Source: Neisseria sp. (GTDB lineage Bacteria; Pseudomonadota; Gammaproteobacteria; Burkholderiales; Neisseriaceae). From it: 64,000 nt of DNA. The notes beneath the pieces were generated by a model that saw only the letters and a program-made list of their open reading frames with translations, searched no databases and was not told the origin of the DNA. Each line of letters starts with the position of its first letter. Position 1 is the stretch's first letter. Location: assembly GCA_030538055.1 (NCBI GenBank), contig JAUNUS010000004.1:25524-89523 (forward strand). The letters run 5' to 3'. Made by a program: the position numbers and the translations under genes. Positions 9,295 to 19,952 of the stretch are shown here, piece by piece.

Positions 9295-9484
9295 GTTTTT
9301 CACCTTAAGTGTCGGCAACAGATGCAAAGTTTATGATTATAACGCTTTCCGGCGCGGATTGTTTGAAAATATCATGGAGGCTCAACGGCACTTGGCATTT
9401 GCCGAAAAACAAGCGAAAATGCAGACGCAATACCTCATTTTGCGGTCATTTGCCGCACCAACAGCAGAAAGAAGGAGATGTAAC

Positions 9485-9805
9485 ATGAACTTAAAAATCA
9501 CCGGTATCAACATCGACATCACCGCCGCCCTGCGCGAGCACATCGAGAAAAAGCTGGAGCGCATTGTGCGCCACGCCGACGGCGTGATTTCCACCGCAGT
9601 GACCTTATCGGTGGATAAGCTGCAGCAAAAAGCCGAAGTCGATTTGCACATGGCGGGCAGAGACCTGCATGTGGAAACCGTTGAGAGCGATATGTATGCC
9701 GCCATTGACGTGCTGATGGACAAACTTGACCGCATGGTATTGAAACACAAAGAAAAACAAACCGATCACCGCACCACCCCCAGCGGCCGAGAAAGCATCG
9801 GCTAA
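9485..9805 (+). CDS. hpf: ribosome hibernation promoting factor (short HPF/YhbH type)
   Basis: MNLKITGINIDITAALREHIEKKLERI... 106 aa. AAGGAG lies 8 nt upstream of the ATG at 9485. The upstream part of track ORF 9266..9805 was discarded. Confidence 0.85.
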   Translation: MNLKITGINIDITAALREHIEKKLERIVRHADGVISTAVTLSVDKLQQKAEVDLHMAGRDLHVETVESDMYAAIDVLMDKLDRMVLKHKEKQTDHRTTPSGRESIG

Positions 9806-9825
9806 CGTCTGGAAATGATGATGCA

Positions 9826-9853
9826 ACCTCGTCGAATATCGGCGAGGTTTTTT
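9826..9853 (+). terminator. rho-independent terminator of hpf
   Basis: CCTCGTCG-aatat-CGGCGAGG followed by TTTTTT. Confidence 0.7.
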
Positions 9854-9873
9854 GTTGGCGGCATGCTTTAATC

Positions 9874-9912
9874 AGGCTGCCTGAAAAATGAGTGGTTCAT
9901 TTCAGGCAGCCA
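9874..9912. repeat. inverted DUS pair
   Basis: AGGCTGCCTGAA ... TTCAGGCAGCCa, 15 nt apart, between convergent hpf and ccoI. Confidence 0.8.
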
Positions 9913-9986
9913 AGCAATCAAGCCGACGTTTTCACAGCGTCGGCTTGATGGATTATTTCTCAGAGATTTTTAAAGAAAAGCTGTCT

Positions 9987-12446
9987 TCACACCTTTGCCC
10001 GTAACAAACGCAGGGCATTGCTGACCACGAGCAGCGAGCTGGCGGCCATGCCTAAAGCCGCCACCACGGGTTTGGCGTAACCCATCGCGGCGATCGGCAC
10101 GGCAATCGCGTTATAAGTCAAAGCCCATGCCAAATTTTGGCGGATAATGTGCTGCGTTTTGCGCGCAATTTTCAGCGAGCGCGGCAGAATGCGTAAATCG
10201 CGGTTCATCATCACCATATCGCTGCCCTCGCGCGACACGTCCGCGCCGCCCGCCATCGCCACCGACACATCGGCTTGCGCCAGCACCGGTGCATCGTTCA
10301 CGCCGTCGCCCACCATCAAAACTTTGCGCCCTTGGCGTTGCAGGCTTTGCACGTACGCCAGTTTTTCTTCGGGCGAAGCTTCGGCGGTGACGTTTTGAAT
10401 CGCCAATTTCTCCGCCACGGTCTGCGCCGCGGTTTGCATGTCGCCGCTGAGCAAATGCGTGCGCAAACCCATTTGGTTCAAGCTTTTCACGGTTGCGGCG
10501 GCGTTGTCTTTAATCGTGTCCGCCAGATAAAAGGCTGCCTGAAAGCCGTGAACATTACCCAGCGCCACCATCGTGCCGTCATGCGTACGCTGCGCCCATG
10601 ATGGAGGATTGCCTGCGATTTGCGCGACATAGGCAATGCGCCCCAAACGCCATACTTCGCCGTCAATCTGCGCCGCAATGCCTTGTCCGACCGTGTTGAT
10701 CACATTTTCCACCATCACCGCATTGGCCGTGGCGCGGTATTGTTCGAGCAGTGCCAAGGCAATCGGGTGTTCGGACTGCGCTTCCAACGCGCACACAATA
10801 TCAGCGTAACACGCGGGCAATTGCCCGGGGCTGCCTGAATCTGTAGCGTTTTGCCCGTCAAATCCCACCGCGCTGACGCGCAGTTTGCCTTCGGTCAGCG
10901 TGCCGGTTTTATCAAAAATCACATCGTCCACATGGGCTAAGGTTTCCAACGCCGCACCGCTGCTCACCAACATACCGGAGGCGGTCAGATTGCCCGTACC
11001 GGCGGTCAATGCCGCCGGAGTCGCCAACGACAAGGCGCACGGACAGGTGATCACCAGCAGCGAAACCGTGACCCACAAGGCGCGGTTGGCATCGGCGTGC
11101 CATGTCCAAAACGCGAAAATCAACACTGCCAAGCTCAGCAATGCCGCCACAAACACCGAAGCGTAGCGGTCGGCAATCTGCGCCATGCGCGGTTTTTGCG
11201 CCAGCGCGGTGTCCAGCAAACGCACAATCGAACCCAGACGCGTATGCGTGCCCACGCCCAATACGCGCATGATCAGCGGACTGGCGGTATTGGTGGTGCC
11301 GGCGGTGACTTTATCGCCCGCACGCTTGCCCACCGGCAGACTTTCGCCGGTGAGCATGGCTTCGTTCACCTCGCTTTCGCCGTCCAATACTTCGCCGTCG
11401 GCAGGGATCACCTCGCCTGCTTTCACCAGCAACACATCGCCTTCTTCGACCTGCACCACCGCCGCTTCCTGTACGGTGCGCTCATGCGGATAATCGGGCA
11501 GGCGATGGCAAAACGCCGGCACCAGTTTCACCAACCGTTCGGTTGCATAAGCGGCTTTGCTGCGCGCCATTTGCTCCAGATAACGTCCGCCCAACAGCAA
11601 AAACACAAACATCGACACCGAATCGAAAAACACGCCGCCTTCTTCGCGCCGCAAGAGCGCAATCGTGCTGGCGATAAACGCCAACGACACCGCCAGCGCA
11701 ATCGGCGTGTCCATGCCCACGCGGCGGTTTTTCAAATCGCGGATCGCGCCGCGATAAAACGGCACGGCGGAAAACAGCACCACGGGCAAGGTCAAAACCA
11801 TGTTCGCCCAATGCAGCAACCACAAAAACTGCGGCTCGATGTCGCCGAACAAATACGTCGGCACGGCATACATCATCACCTGCATCATCGACAAACCCGC
11901 CACCCACAGACGCAGCAATGCCTGTTTGCGTTCTTTCTGCGCCTGCGCTTCCACTTTCATCGCGTCATACGGATGCGCCTCGTAACCCGTCTGGCGAATC
12001 AACAGCAAAATCTGCGACAAATTCAAGCGCGACGCGTCCCACGCGACACGCGCCCGATGCGTGCCGTAATTCAAATCCACCCGCACCACGCCGGACAGGC
12101 GCATCAGGCGTTGTTCGATCAACCACACGCACGCGGCGCAGGTGATGCCCGAGAGCATCAGCAAGGCTTCGCGCTCGTTTTCCGATTTCACTTCGACAAA
12201 ATCCGCCTGCACTTCCGGCAAATCGTACAGTTTCAATTGCTCCAAAATTTCCTGCGGCGGCAGTTCGCCGCGCTGCGCCTCGGCGGTGCGTTCTTCGTAA
12301 TACTTGCCCAAACCCGCGTCAATAATGCTCTGCGCCACCGCTTGGCAACCGGCGCAACAAGACGGCTCTTCCCGCCCTTCGTACAGAATCGGCAAGTTCA
12401 AATCCGGCGGAACATCCAGTCCGCAGTGGAAACATATTTTTTTCAT
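9987..12446 (-). CDS. ccoI: copper-translocating P1B-type ATPase, CcoI/FixI-like (cbb3 oxidase maturation)
   Basis: It has an N-terminal Cys cap (CFHCG...CCAGCQAV), a CPC motif (ITCPCALSLATP), a phosphorylation site (FDKTGTLT) and a hinge (GDGVNDAP). I placed the start at MKKICFHCG (12446). The upstream extension contains a DUS pair. Confidence 0.85.
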   Translation of the reverse strand: MKKICFHCGLDVPPDLNLPILYEGREEPSCCAGCQAVAQSIIDAGLGKYYEERTAEAQRGELPPQEILEQLKLYDLPEVQADFVEVKSENEREALLMLSGITCAACVWLIEQRLMRLSGVVRVDLNYGTHRARVAWDASRLNLSQILLLIRQTGYEAHPYDAMKVEAQAQKERKQALLRLWVAGLSMMQVMMYAVPTYLFGDIEPQFLWLLHWANMVLTLPVVLFSAVPFYRGAIRDLKNRRVGMDTPIALAVSLAFIASTIALLRREEGGVFFDSVSMFVFLLLGGRYLEQMARSKAAYATERLVKLVPAFCHRLPDYPHERTVQEAAVVQVEEGDVLLVKAGEVIPADGEVLDGESEVNEAMLTGESLPVGKRAGDKVTAGTTNTASPLIMRVLGVGTHTRLGSIVRLLDTALAQKPRMAQIADRYASVFVAALLSLAVLIFAFWTWHADANRALWVTVSLLVITCPCALSLATPAALTAGTGNLTASGMLVSSGAALETLAHVDDVIFDKTGTLTEGKLRVSAVGFDGQNATDSGSPGQLPACYADIVCALEAQSEHPIALALLEQYRATANAVMVENVINTVGQGIAAQIDGEVWRLGRIAYVAQIAGNPPSWAQRTHDGTMVALGNVHGFQAAFYLADTIKDNAAATVKSLNQMGLRTHLLSGDMQTAAQTVAEKLAIQNVTAEASPEEKLAYVQSLQRQGRKVLMVGDGVNDAPVLAQADVSVAMAGGADVSREGSDMVMMNRDLRILPRSLKIARKTQHIIRQNLAWALTYNAIAVPIAAMGYAKPVVAALGMAASSLLVVSNALRLLRAKV

Positions 12447-12511
12447 TTTATTGACGTGTTGATGCACATTAAAAAGGCTGCCTGAATCAATCATTCAGGC
12501 AGCAAACCGTT

Positions 12512-13666
12512 TCAGGCAGCCTGTTGCAAAGCTTGTTCCATATCCGCCCAAATATCTTCGACATCCTCAATCCCGATCGAAAAGCGCAACAAACCTTCGC
12601 GAATGCCCTGCGCCGCTTTGACTTCACTCGGCATACCGCTGTGCGACTGACTGGCGGAATGATTGACCAGACTTTCCACGCCGCCCAAGCTCGATGCCAT
12701 TTGCAGCATATTCAGGCTGCGGATCACGCGGTCGGCCACGGCGCGGGTATCGTTTTTCAGGTACACCGACACCACGCCGCCGAAGCCGTTCATTTGCCGT
12801 TGTGCCAATGCGTGCTGCGGATGTTCAGGCAGCCCCGGATAAAACACCTGCTCAATCGCAGGGTGGTTTTGCAAACGTTCGGCGATGATGTGCGCGTTTT
12901 CCTGATGACGGTCCATGCGCACGGCCAAGGTTTTGATGCCGCGCAACACCAAGGCGCAATCCATCGGCCCGGCGACCGCGCCGCTGTTGATCTGCATCGA
13001 GCGAATCGCCCGTGCATGAGCTTCGTCTTTCGCCACCGCGATGCCCATCAACACATCGGAATGACCGCACAAATATTTGGTGGCGGAATGCACCACAATA
13101 TCGCAGCCCTGCAATAAAGGATTTTGCAAATAAGGCGTTGCAAAAGTATTGTCGATGCCGACGATCACCTGCCGCGCACGCGCTTTTTCGCATAAGGCGG
13201 CCACATCGACCAAACGCAGCAAAGGATTACTCGGGCTTTCCAGCCACAGCATTTTGACGGGTTCGCGCTGCAAAACAGCATCCAGCGCAGCGGCATCGCG
13301 CAGGTCGGCAAAAATGACTTTCACCCCCCATACGGCATAAACTTCGGTCAATAAATCATAAGCACCGCCGTAAATATCCGCCACCGCGACAATGGTATCG
13401 CCCGGACGCAACAGCGCGCGCCACACCGCATCAATCGCCGCCATGCCGCTGGAAAAAGCAAAACCCGAACAGCCGTGTTCCAATTCCGCCATGGTGTCTT
13501 CCAACACCTGACGGGTAGGATTGCTCAAACGCGCATAGCGAAACGGAATGCTCTCGCCGATGCCTTTCATCGCAAACATGCTGTTTTGGTAAATGGGCGG
13601 CATGATGGCGCGGTTGTGTTGATCGGCATCGTAAGCGGCATGAATGGCGGTGCTGGCAAATTTCAT
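12512..13666 (-). CDS. Cys/Met-metabolism PLP enzyme (cystathionine beta-lyase / gamma-synthase family)
   Basis: 384 aa. PLP-lysine context SATKYLCGHSDVLMG, and family-wide similarity including the C-terminal LLRFSIGIEDVEDI. Confidence 0.85.
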   Translation of the reverse strand: MKFASTAIHAAYDADQHNRAIMPPIYQNSMFAMKGIGESIPFRYARLSNPTRQVLEDTMAELEHGCSGFAFSSGMAAIDAVWRALLRPGDTIVAVADIYGGAYDLLTEVYAVWGVKVIFADLRDAAALDAVLQREPVKMLWLESPSNPLLRLVDVAALCEKARARQVIVGIDNTFATPYLQNPLLQGCDIVVHSATKYLCGHSDVLMGIAVAKDEAHARAIRSMQINSGAVAGPMDCALVLRGIKTLAVRMDRHQENAHIIAERLQNHPAIEQVFYPGLPEHPQHALAQRQMNGFGGVVSVYLKNDTRAVADRVIRSLNMLQMASSLGGVESLVNHSASQSHSGMPSEVKAAQGIREGLLRFSIGIEDVEDIWADMEQALQQAA

Positions 13667-13818
13667 CGTCGGCTCTTTATCGGGTTAAACGGAAAAGCAG
13701 GATTATAACGACATAATCGGCTTTCAGGCTGCCTGAAACATTTTTGCAGGCTGCCTGAACTTTTTTTTTCTTCGCCGTCACGGTAAACTGACCGCGATAA
13801 GCCATCACGGGAGCAATC

Positions 13819-14775
13819 ATGAGTAAAAAACGGATATTCGGCATCATCGCACTGCTGGCACTCGTGGCGTTTGCCGCTTGGTACGGCTACCGCTGGTTTT
13901 CCACCCGCGCGCAGAGCTTGCCCGAACACATCGTGTCGAGCAATGCGCGTCTGGAAATGGGGCGCAGCGATGTCGCCACCTTATACGCCGGTCGGGTGCT
14001 GACGGTGACAGTGCGCGAGGGCGATACCGTGAGCAAAGATCAGGAACTCGCCACGCTGGAAGCCACCCAGATTGCGGCGCAACTGGACATCGCGCAGGCC
14101 GCGCGCGAACGCGCCCGCGCAGCGGTGGCGGCACAACAACAAAAACTGGACGTGGCGGCACTGGACTACCGCAACACGCAAAACCTGCACCGTGACGCTT
14201 TGGTTTCGCGCAGCGAATTGGATAAGCGCAACGCGCAACTGAAAGGCGAACGCGCAGGCGTGGATGCCGCTCGCGCCGCCGAAGCCGAAGCCGAAGCGCA
14301 AATCAAACGCATCGAAGACATGAACCACGACATGACGGTGCGGGCGCCGTTGGACGGGCGTGTGGAGTATCGGCTGGCCGAGCCGGGTGAAGTCGTGCCG
14401 GCAGGCGGACGCATCGTCAGTCTGCTCGATCCGTCCGATGTATCCTTAAACGTGTTTTTGCCGACCTCCACCATGGCGCGCACCCATGTCGGTGCGGCAG
14501 CACGCATCCGCGTGGACGGTGTGGATGCGGTTTTCCCCGCCGACGTGACCTTTATCGCCTCACAAGCGCAATTCACCCCGAAATACGTGGAAACGCAAAA
14601 CGAACGGGACAAAATGACCTATCGCGTCAAGCTGACCATTCCGAGCGAAATCGCGCTGCAACACCAAACCTTGCTCAAGGGCGGACTGACCGCAACGGGC
14701 TATGTCAATACTTCCGCCGAGGCGGATTTCCCGCCTGAACTGGCGGTGCGTTTACCGGAGCGGACTGCGCCGTGA
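13819..14775 (+). CDS. HlyD-family periplasmic adaptor (YhiI-like)
   Basis: N-terminal TM helix, a long Ala/Gln-rich coiled coil, a beta-barrel segment (VRAPLDGRVEY) and C-terminal TPKYVETQNERDKMTYRVKL. The stop overlaps the next gene (GTGA). Confidence 0.85.
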   Translation: MSKKRIFGIIALLALVAFAAWYGYRWFSTRAQSLPEHIVSSNARLEMGRSDVATLYAGRVLTVTVREGDTVSKDQELATLEATQIAAQLDIAQAARERARAAVAAQQQKLDVAALDYRNTQNLHRDALVSRSELDKRNAQLKGERAGVDAARAAEAEAEAQIKRIEDMNHDMTVRAPLDGRVEYRLAEPGEVVPAGGRIVSLLDPSDVSLNVFLPTSTMARTHVGAAARIRVDGVDAVFPADVTFIASQAQFTPKYVETQNERDKMTYRVKLTIPSEIALQHQTLLKGGLTATGYVNTSAEADFPPELAVRLPERTAP

Positions 14776-17498
14776 GCACCGTGCTTGCGCTGACAGGCGT
14801 GACCCACCGCTACGGCAGCAAACAAGCTTTGCATGACGTATCGTTCAGCCTGCCTGCAGGCGCGACGGCGGCTCTGGTCGGGCCGGACGGCGTGGGCAAA
14901 TCGACTTTGCTTTCCTTGCTTGCGGGCGTGAAAAAATTGCAAACGGGCGAAATCACCGTGCTCGGGCACGATGTACGCTCGGCACAAGAGCGCGACCGGC
15001 TGGCGCACCGCGTGGCGTTTATGCCGCAAGGTCTGGGCAAAAACCTTTACCCGACCTTATCCGTGTTGGAAAACATCGAATTTTTCGCCCGTCTGTACGG
15101 GCTGCCTGAAGCAGCACGGCGCGCACAAATCAGCCGCCTGCTGGACGCGACGGGCTTAGCCCCGTTTGCCGATCGCGCCGCGATCAAACTTTCCGGCGGC
15201 ATGAAACAGAAACTCAGCCTGTGCTGCGCTTTGGTGCACACGCCCGAACTTTTGATTTTGGACGAGCCGACCACCGGCGTTGATCCTTTGTCGCGCCGTC
15301 AGTTCTGGGCATTGACCGACAGCCTGCGCGCCGAACACCGCGACATGACCATGCTGGTCGCCACCGCATACATGGAAGAAGCGCAACACTTCGAGCATTT
15401 GCTGGCAATGAACGACGGCGAACTTTTGGCCGCCGGACCCATGGCAGAAGTTTTGGCGGCAAACGACAGCAACAGCGTGGAAGCGGCGTTCATCGCCCTT
15501 TTGCCACCCGAAAAACGCGGCACAGCAGGCGAAATCGTGATTCCGCCGTTTGTCGCCGATCCGCACGAACCGCCGGTGATCGAAGCACACCATTTAAGCA
15601 AACGCTTCGGCGACTTCACCGCCGTGGACGATGTCAGCTTCACCATTGCCCGTGGCGAAATCTTCGGCTTTCTCGGTTCCAACGGCTGCGGCAAAAGCAC
15701 CACCATGAAAATGCTCACCGGTCTGTTGCAAGCGGACGAAGGCAGCGCAACGCTTCTGGGCAAACCGATCGACGCTTCCGACATGGCGACCCGTATGCGC
15801 GTGGGCTATATGTCGCAAGCGTTTTCCTTATACGAAGAATTAAGCGTGCGTCAGAACCTGCGCCTGCACGCCGATCTTTATCCCGCCACCGCCGAGCGTG
15901 CCGCCGCCGTGGTCGAAGAAGCCTTGCAACGCTTTGATTTAAGTGATAATGCCGAAGCCAAACCCGCCGCCCTGTCTTTGGGCATCCGCCAGCGTTTGCA
16001 ATTGGCGGCGGCGTGTCTGCATTCGCCCGAATTGCTGATTTTGGACGAACCGACTTCAGGCGTGGATCCTGCCGCGCGCGATATGTTTTGGCGGTATTTG
16101 ATTCATCTGTCGCGTGAAGAAAAAGTCACGATTTTCGTGTCCACCCACTTTATGAACGAAGCGGCCTTGTGCGACCGCATTTCCTTGATGCACCAAGGCC
16201 GCGTGTTGGCGATGGGCACGCCGCCCGAATTACAGGCAGCCTTTGATGCGCCGTCTTTGGAAGAGGCGTTTATTGTCTGCTTGCAACAAAACCACGCCGA
16301 TGAGTCGCCAACCACCGCCTCACACCACACAGAAAACGACACTGCCGATATTCCCGCTTCCACAACCTCCGGCATGGTTTATTGGCTGGCCACCATGCTC
16401 ACTTTTGCCCGCCGCGAAACGGTCGAGCTGCTGCGTGATAAGGTGCGCTTGGTGTTTGCCTTCATCGGCCCCTTGATTTTGCTGTTTTCCATCGCCTTGT
16501 GCGTGTCGTTCGATATTTTCGATATTCCGTTTGCGGTGTTGGATCGCGACCAAAGCGCACACAGCCGCCAACTGGTGCAGGAGTTTTCCGGTTCGCGTTA
16601 TTTTGCAGAAGCTCCCCCGATTGCGGATACTGCCGACATCGAGCGTGTCCTTGCTTCGTCGCAAGTGCGTATGGTGATGGATATTCCGCCGAATTACGGT
16701 AAGGATTTGATGCGTTTCAGGCAGCCTGAAGTCGCTTATTATCTGGACGGTGCGCAGCCTTTTATTGCGGAGAACGTGCGCGGTTTCATCGGCGGTATTA
16801 CCCTGCCCTATATGCAGCAGTTTTCCCCGCCGCAAGCCTTGGGCGCGCCCTCGCTGCAAGTTTTGGAGCCGCGCTTTGCTTACAATCAGGAATTCAAAAG
16901 CATTTACGCGATCACGCCGGGCGTATTGATGTTGGCGTTAATGCTGATTCCCACCATGCTCACCGCCTTGGGCGTGGTGCGTGAAAAAGAAATGGGTTCG
17001 ATCATCAATCTGTACGCCTCACCCGCTTCCGTCAGCCAATATTTGCTGGGTAAACAATTACCCTATGTGGTGCTGGGCATGCTGATGGCCGTCATGCTCT
17101 TGGTCGTGAGCGTATTCGTGCTCGAGGTACCGTTTAAAGGTTCGCTGCTCGGATTTTTATTCGGCGCATTATTGTTCATCATCACCGCTTCCGGCATCGG
17201 GCTATTGATTTCCTGCTTTGTGCGCAGTCAGATTGCCGCGCTCTTTACCGCCGCCATCATGACCATGATTCCTGCCGCCAATTTTTCGGGTTTGACGTAT
17301 CCCGTTTCCACCTTGGAAGGTTCGAGTTATTGGATCGGTAAAATTTTCCCCGCCTCGTGGTTTCAACTCATCAGCTTGGGTTCATTCACCAAAGGATCGG
17401 AATGGAGCGATTTGCTGCCGATGTACGGCGCCTTGTCGGTGACCTCCGTCGTGGTGCTGGCTGCCGCTTGTTATCTGCTGAAAAAACAGGAGGACTGA
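14772..17498 (+). CDS. rbbA: fused double-ATPase/ABC-2 permease, RbbA (YhiH)-like
   Basis: 908 aa. It has two Walker A sites (GPDGVGKST, GSNGCGKST), two signatures (LSGGMKQKL, LSLGIRQRL) and a C-terminal multi-TM ABC-2 domain. The gene order adaptor-rbbA-yhhJ is as in E. coli. Confidence 0.85.
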   Translation: MSTVLALTGVTHRYGSKQALHDVSFSLPAGATAALVGPDGVGKSTLLSLLAGVKKLQTGEITVLGHDVRSAQERDRLAHRVAFMPQGLGKNLYPTLSVLENIEFFARLYGLPEAARRAQISRLLDATGLAPFADRAAIKLSGGMKQKLSLCCALVHTPELLILDEPTTGVDPLSRRQFWALTDSLRAEHRDMTMLVATAYMEEAQHFEHLLAMNDGELLAAGPMAEVLAANDSNSVEAAFIALLPPEKRGTAGEIVIPPFVADPHEPPVIEAHHLSKRFGDFTAVDDVSFTIARGEIFGFLGSNGCGKSTTMKMLTGLLQADEGSATLLGKPIDASDMATRMRVGYMSQAFSLYEELSVRQNLRLHADLYPATAERAAAVVEEALQRFDLSDNAEAKPAALSLGIRQRLQLAAACLHSPELLILDEPTSGVDPAARDMFWRYLIHLSREEKVTIFVSTHFMNEAALCDRISLMHQGRVLAMGTPPELQAAFDAPSLEEAFIVCLQQNHADESPTTASHHTENDTADIPASTTSGMVYWLATMLTFARRETVELLRDKVRLVFAFIGPLILLFSIALCVSFDIFDIPFAVLDRDQSAHSRQLVQEFSGSRYFAEAPPIADTADIERVLASSQVRMVMDIPPNYGKDLMRFRQPEVAYYLDGAQPFIAENVRGFIGGITLPYMQQFSPPQALGAPSLQVLEPRFAYNQEFKSIYAITPGVLMLALMLIPTMLTALGVVREKEMGSIINLYASPASVSQYLLGKQLPYVVLGMLMAVMLLVVSVFVLEVPFKGSLLGFLFGALLFIITASGIGLLISCFVRSQIAALFTAAIMTMIPAANFSGLTYPVSTLEGSSYWIGKIFPASWFQLISLGSFTKGSEWSDLLPMYGALSVTSVVVLAAACYLLKKQED

Positions 17499-17501
17499 CC
17501 C

Positions 17502-18635
17502 GTGCGCGCCTTCCGCTCCCTGTTCACGATTTACCGCCTGTGCGGTAAGGAAATCCGCAGTTTGCTCGGCGACACCACCATGGTGGTGATGTTGATCATG
17601 GTGTTCACCGTGGTGCCGCACATTATCCACAAAGGCTTGCGCGCCGAAGTGCGTAATGCCACCGTGGCGGTGATTGACGATGATCGCTCGGAATTATCTT
17701 ATCGTCTGCGCGGCGCGTTGGTGCCGCCGTATTTCAAACCCGCCACCACGATTGAGCGCGCCCAAGCCGATCAAGCCATGATGCGGGGCGAGTATATTTT
17801 TATTCTGGATATTCCGCCGAATTTTCAGAAAGACTTGATGGCGGGTCAAAACCCGCGCATTCAGCTCGCGGTCGATGCCACCGCCATGACACAGGCAGCG
17901 GTCGGCACATCGTATATCGAGCAAATCTTTATGCGCGAGACGGCGGATTTTTTCAAAATCCACAGCCTTGCCGCGGCGCAGCCTGTGGACAACGTCATTC
18001 ATATACAATATAACCCGAACGCCGACTCCTCATGGTACAACACGGTGATGCAGATCGTGCTCAACACCACTTTGCTCGGGCTGGTGCTGGTGGGTGCGGC
18101 GGTGATTCGCGAACGCGAACACGGCACGATCGAACATTTGCTGGTGATGCCGGTCAGCGCGATCGAAATCGCACTGGCAAAAATCATCGCCAACGGCGGC
18201 GTGATTTTGTTGGCGGCGGTGCTGGGAATGTATTTTGTGGTGCATTTGTGGATCGGTATTCCGCTGCTCGGCTCGTTGTGGCTGTTTGCCTTGACCGCAG
18301 GCATTTATCTTTTCACCGTGACTTCGCTCGGTATGCTGGCGGCAACGCTTGCACCGTCTATGCCGCAGTTGGGCTTGCTGATTACCCCGATTATTATGAT
18401 TTCGCATCAGACTTCAGGCGGCGTCACCTCCGTGGACAGCATGCCGCCTGCGGTGCAAAACTGGGTACAACTGAACCCCGCGACCCATTTTGTCGCCGCC
18501 ACCCGAGACATTATCTTTCATGGCGCAGGCATGGAGACCGTCTGGCACAAGCTCTTAATCTTGGCGGTGATGGGCGTGATCTTTTTAACGCTGGCACTGC
18601 TGCGCTTCCGCAAAATGCTTGAACAGCAAGGCTGA
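17502..18635 (+). CDS. yhhJ: ABC-2 type transporter permease (YhhJ-like)
   Basis: 377 aa with a GTG start 3 nt after the rbbA stop. One N-terminal TM helix, a periplasmic loop and five C-terminal TM helices, paralogous to the rbbA C-terminus (EREHGTIEHL vs EKEMGSIINL). Confidence 0.8.
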   Translation: MRAFRSLFTIYRLCGKEIRSLLGDTTMVVMLIMVFTVVPHIIHKGLRAEVRNATVAVIDDDRSELSYRLRGALVPPYFKPATTIERAQADQAMMRGEYIFILDIPPNFQKDLMAGQNPRIQLAVDATAMTQAAVGTSYIEQIFMRETADFFKIHSLAAAQPVDNVIHIQYNPNADSSWYNTVMQIVLNTTLLGLVLVGAAVIREREHGTIEHLLVMPVSAIEIALAKIIANGGVILLAAVLGMYFVVHLWIGIPLLGSLWLFALTAGIYLFTVTSLGMLAATLAPSMPQLGLLITPIIMISHQTSGGVTSVDSMPPAVQNWVQLNPATHFVAATRDIIFHGAGMETVWHKLLILAVMGVIFLTLALLRFRKMLEQQG

Positions 18636-18687
18636 TCTTATCCGCTTTTTCAGGCTGCCTGAACGCTTGATATGCATAAGGAAAATC

Positions 18688-19863
18688 ATGAATCCGAAAC
18701 TTTCGCTGCTGCAACCTTACCCTTTTGAAAAACTCACCCGCATCATGCAGGACATCACGCCGCCTGCGGGTTTGACACCGCTGGCTCTGCACATCGGCGA
18801 GCCGAAACACGACACACCGCAATTGATTTTCGACGCACTCACTGCGCAGTTAAACGCTTTTGCCAAATACCCCGCGATCAACGGGCTGCCTGAACTGCGC
18901 GCGGCATGTGCCGCGTGGTGTCGGCGCCGTTACGGCATCGAGGTGGACGAAAACCATGAAATCATTCCCACGCTCGGCAGCCGTGAGGCCTTGTTTTCCT
19001 TTGTTCAGGCAGCCTTAGATACTTCCAAAGATGCGCAACCGCTGGTGCTGTGCCCCAATCCTTTTTACCAGATTTACGAAGGGGCGACGCTGCTGGCCGG
19101 CGGTCAAACCGTGCTGGCCAATACCCGTGCGCCCGACTTTCTGCCCGACTGGTTGGAAGTCGATGACGCCGCATGGGCGCGCATTCAAATCGTGTTTGTG
19201 TGCTCGCCGGGCAATCCCACCGGCGCGGCGATGAAACAGCACGACTGGCAGCAGCTTTTCGCCTTACAAGACCGCTATGGTTTCATCATTGCTTCTGATG
19301 AATGTTATTCGGAAATTTACGCCGACACGCCGCCCGTCGGACTGTTGCAGGCAGCCCGTGCCGACGGGCGCGACTTCTCGCGCAAAATCATGTTCACCAG
19401 CTTATCCAAACGCTCCAACGCGCCCGGTTTGCGCAGCGGTTTTGTGGCGGGCGATGCGGCGATTTTGAAAAAATTTCTGCATTACCGCACGTACCACGGC
19501 TGCGCCATGGGTTTGCCGATCCAGCACGCTTCCATTGCCGCGTGGAACGACGAAAGCCATGTCGAATTGAACCGCGCCCGTTACCGCGAAAAATTCGCCC
19601 GCGTCCTGCCGGTGTTGCAGCAAAAATACGCCGTCACCCTGCCCGATGCGTCGTTTTATCTGTGGCTGCCGGTGCCGGACGGCGACGACATCGCTTTTGC
19701 GCGGCAATTATGGCAGCACGCCGCGATTCAGGTTTTGCCCGGCAGCCTGCTGGCACGCGATAGTGCGCACGGCAATGCGGGGCAAGGTTATGTGCGCATC
19801 GCGCTGGTGGCGTCGCTGGCTGAATGCGACGAGGCGGCGCGGCGCATGACGCAGTTATCGTGA
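18688..19863 (+). CDS. dapC: succinyldiaminopimelate transaminase (class I aminotransferase)
   Basis: MNPKLSLLQPYPFEKL...IGEPKH... and the PLP Lys context SLSKRSNAPGLRSG. I chose the ATG at 18688 (AAGGAA upstream). The track extension carries a DUS. Confidence 0.8.
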   Translation: MNPKLSLLQPYPFEKLTRIMQDITPPAGLTPLALHIGEPKHDTPQLIFDALTAQLNAFAKYPAINGLPELRAACAAWCRRRYGIEVDENHEIIPTLGSREALFSFVQAALDTSKDAQPLVLCPNPFYQIYEGATLLAGGQTVLANTRAPDFLPDWLEVDDAAWARIQIVFVCSPGNPTGAAMKQHDWQQLFALQDRYGFIIASDECYSEIYADTPPVGLLQAARADGRDFSRKIMFTSLSKRSNAPGLRSGFVAGDAAILKKFLHYRTYHGCAMGLPIQHASIAAWNDESHVELNRARYREKFARVLPVLQQKYAVTLPDASFYLWLPVPDGDDIAFARQLWQHAAIQVLPGSLLARDSAHGNAGQGYVRIALVASLAECDEAARRMTQLS

Positions 19864-19952
19864 AATAAGAAGTCTACGGCGTTGGCTGCGCCTCGCCGCC
19901 TTGTATCTTTCTTATTTTATTTCACTATATTACCTTAAAAAACAAACACACC

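Noticed and set aside
19861-19922. Imperfect inverted repeat GAAATAAGAAG ... CTTTCTTATTTTATTTC between dapC and recD.
   Set aside because: The arms are short, AT-rich and imperfect, with a spacer of about 35 nt. It is most simply a weak dapC terminator or a chance feature.
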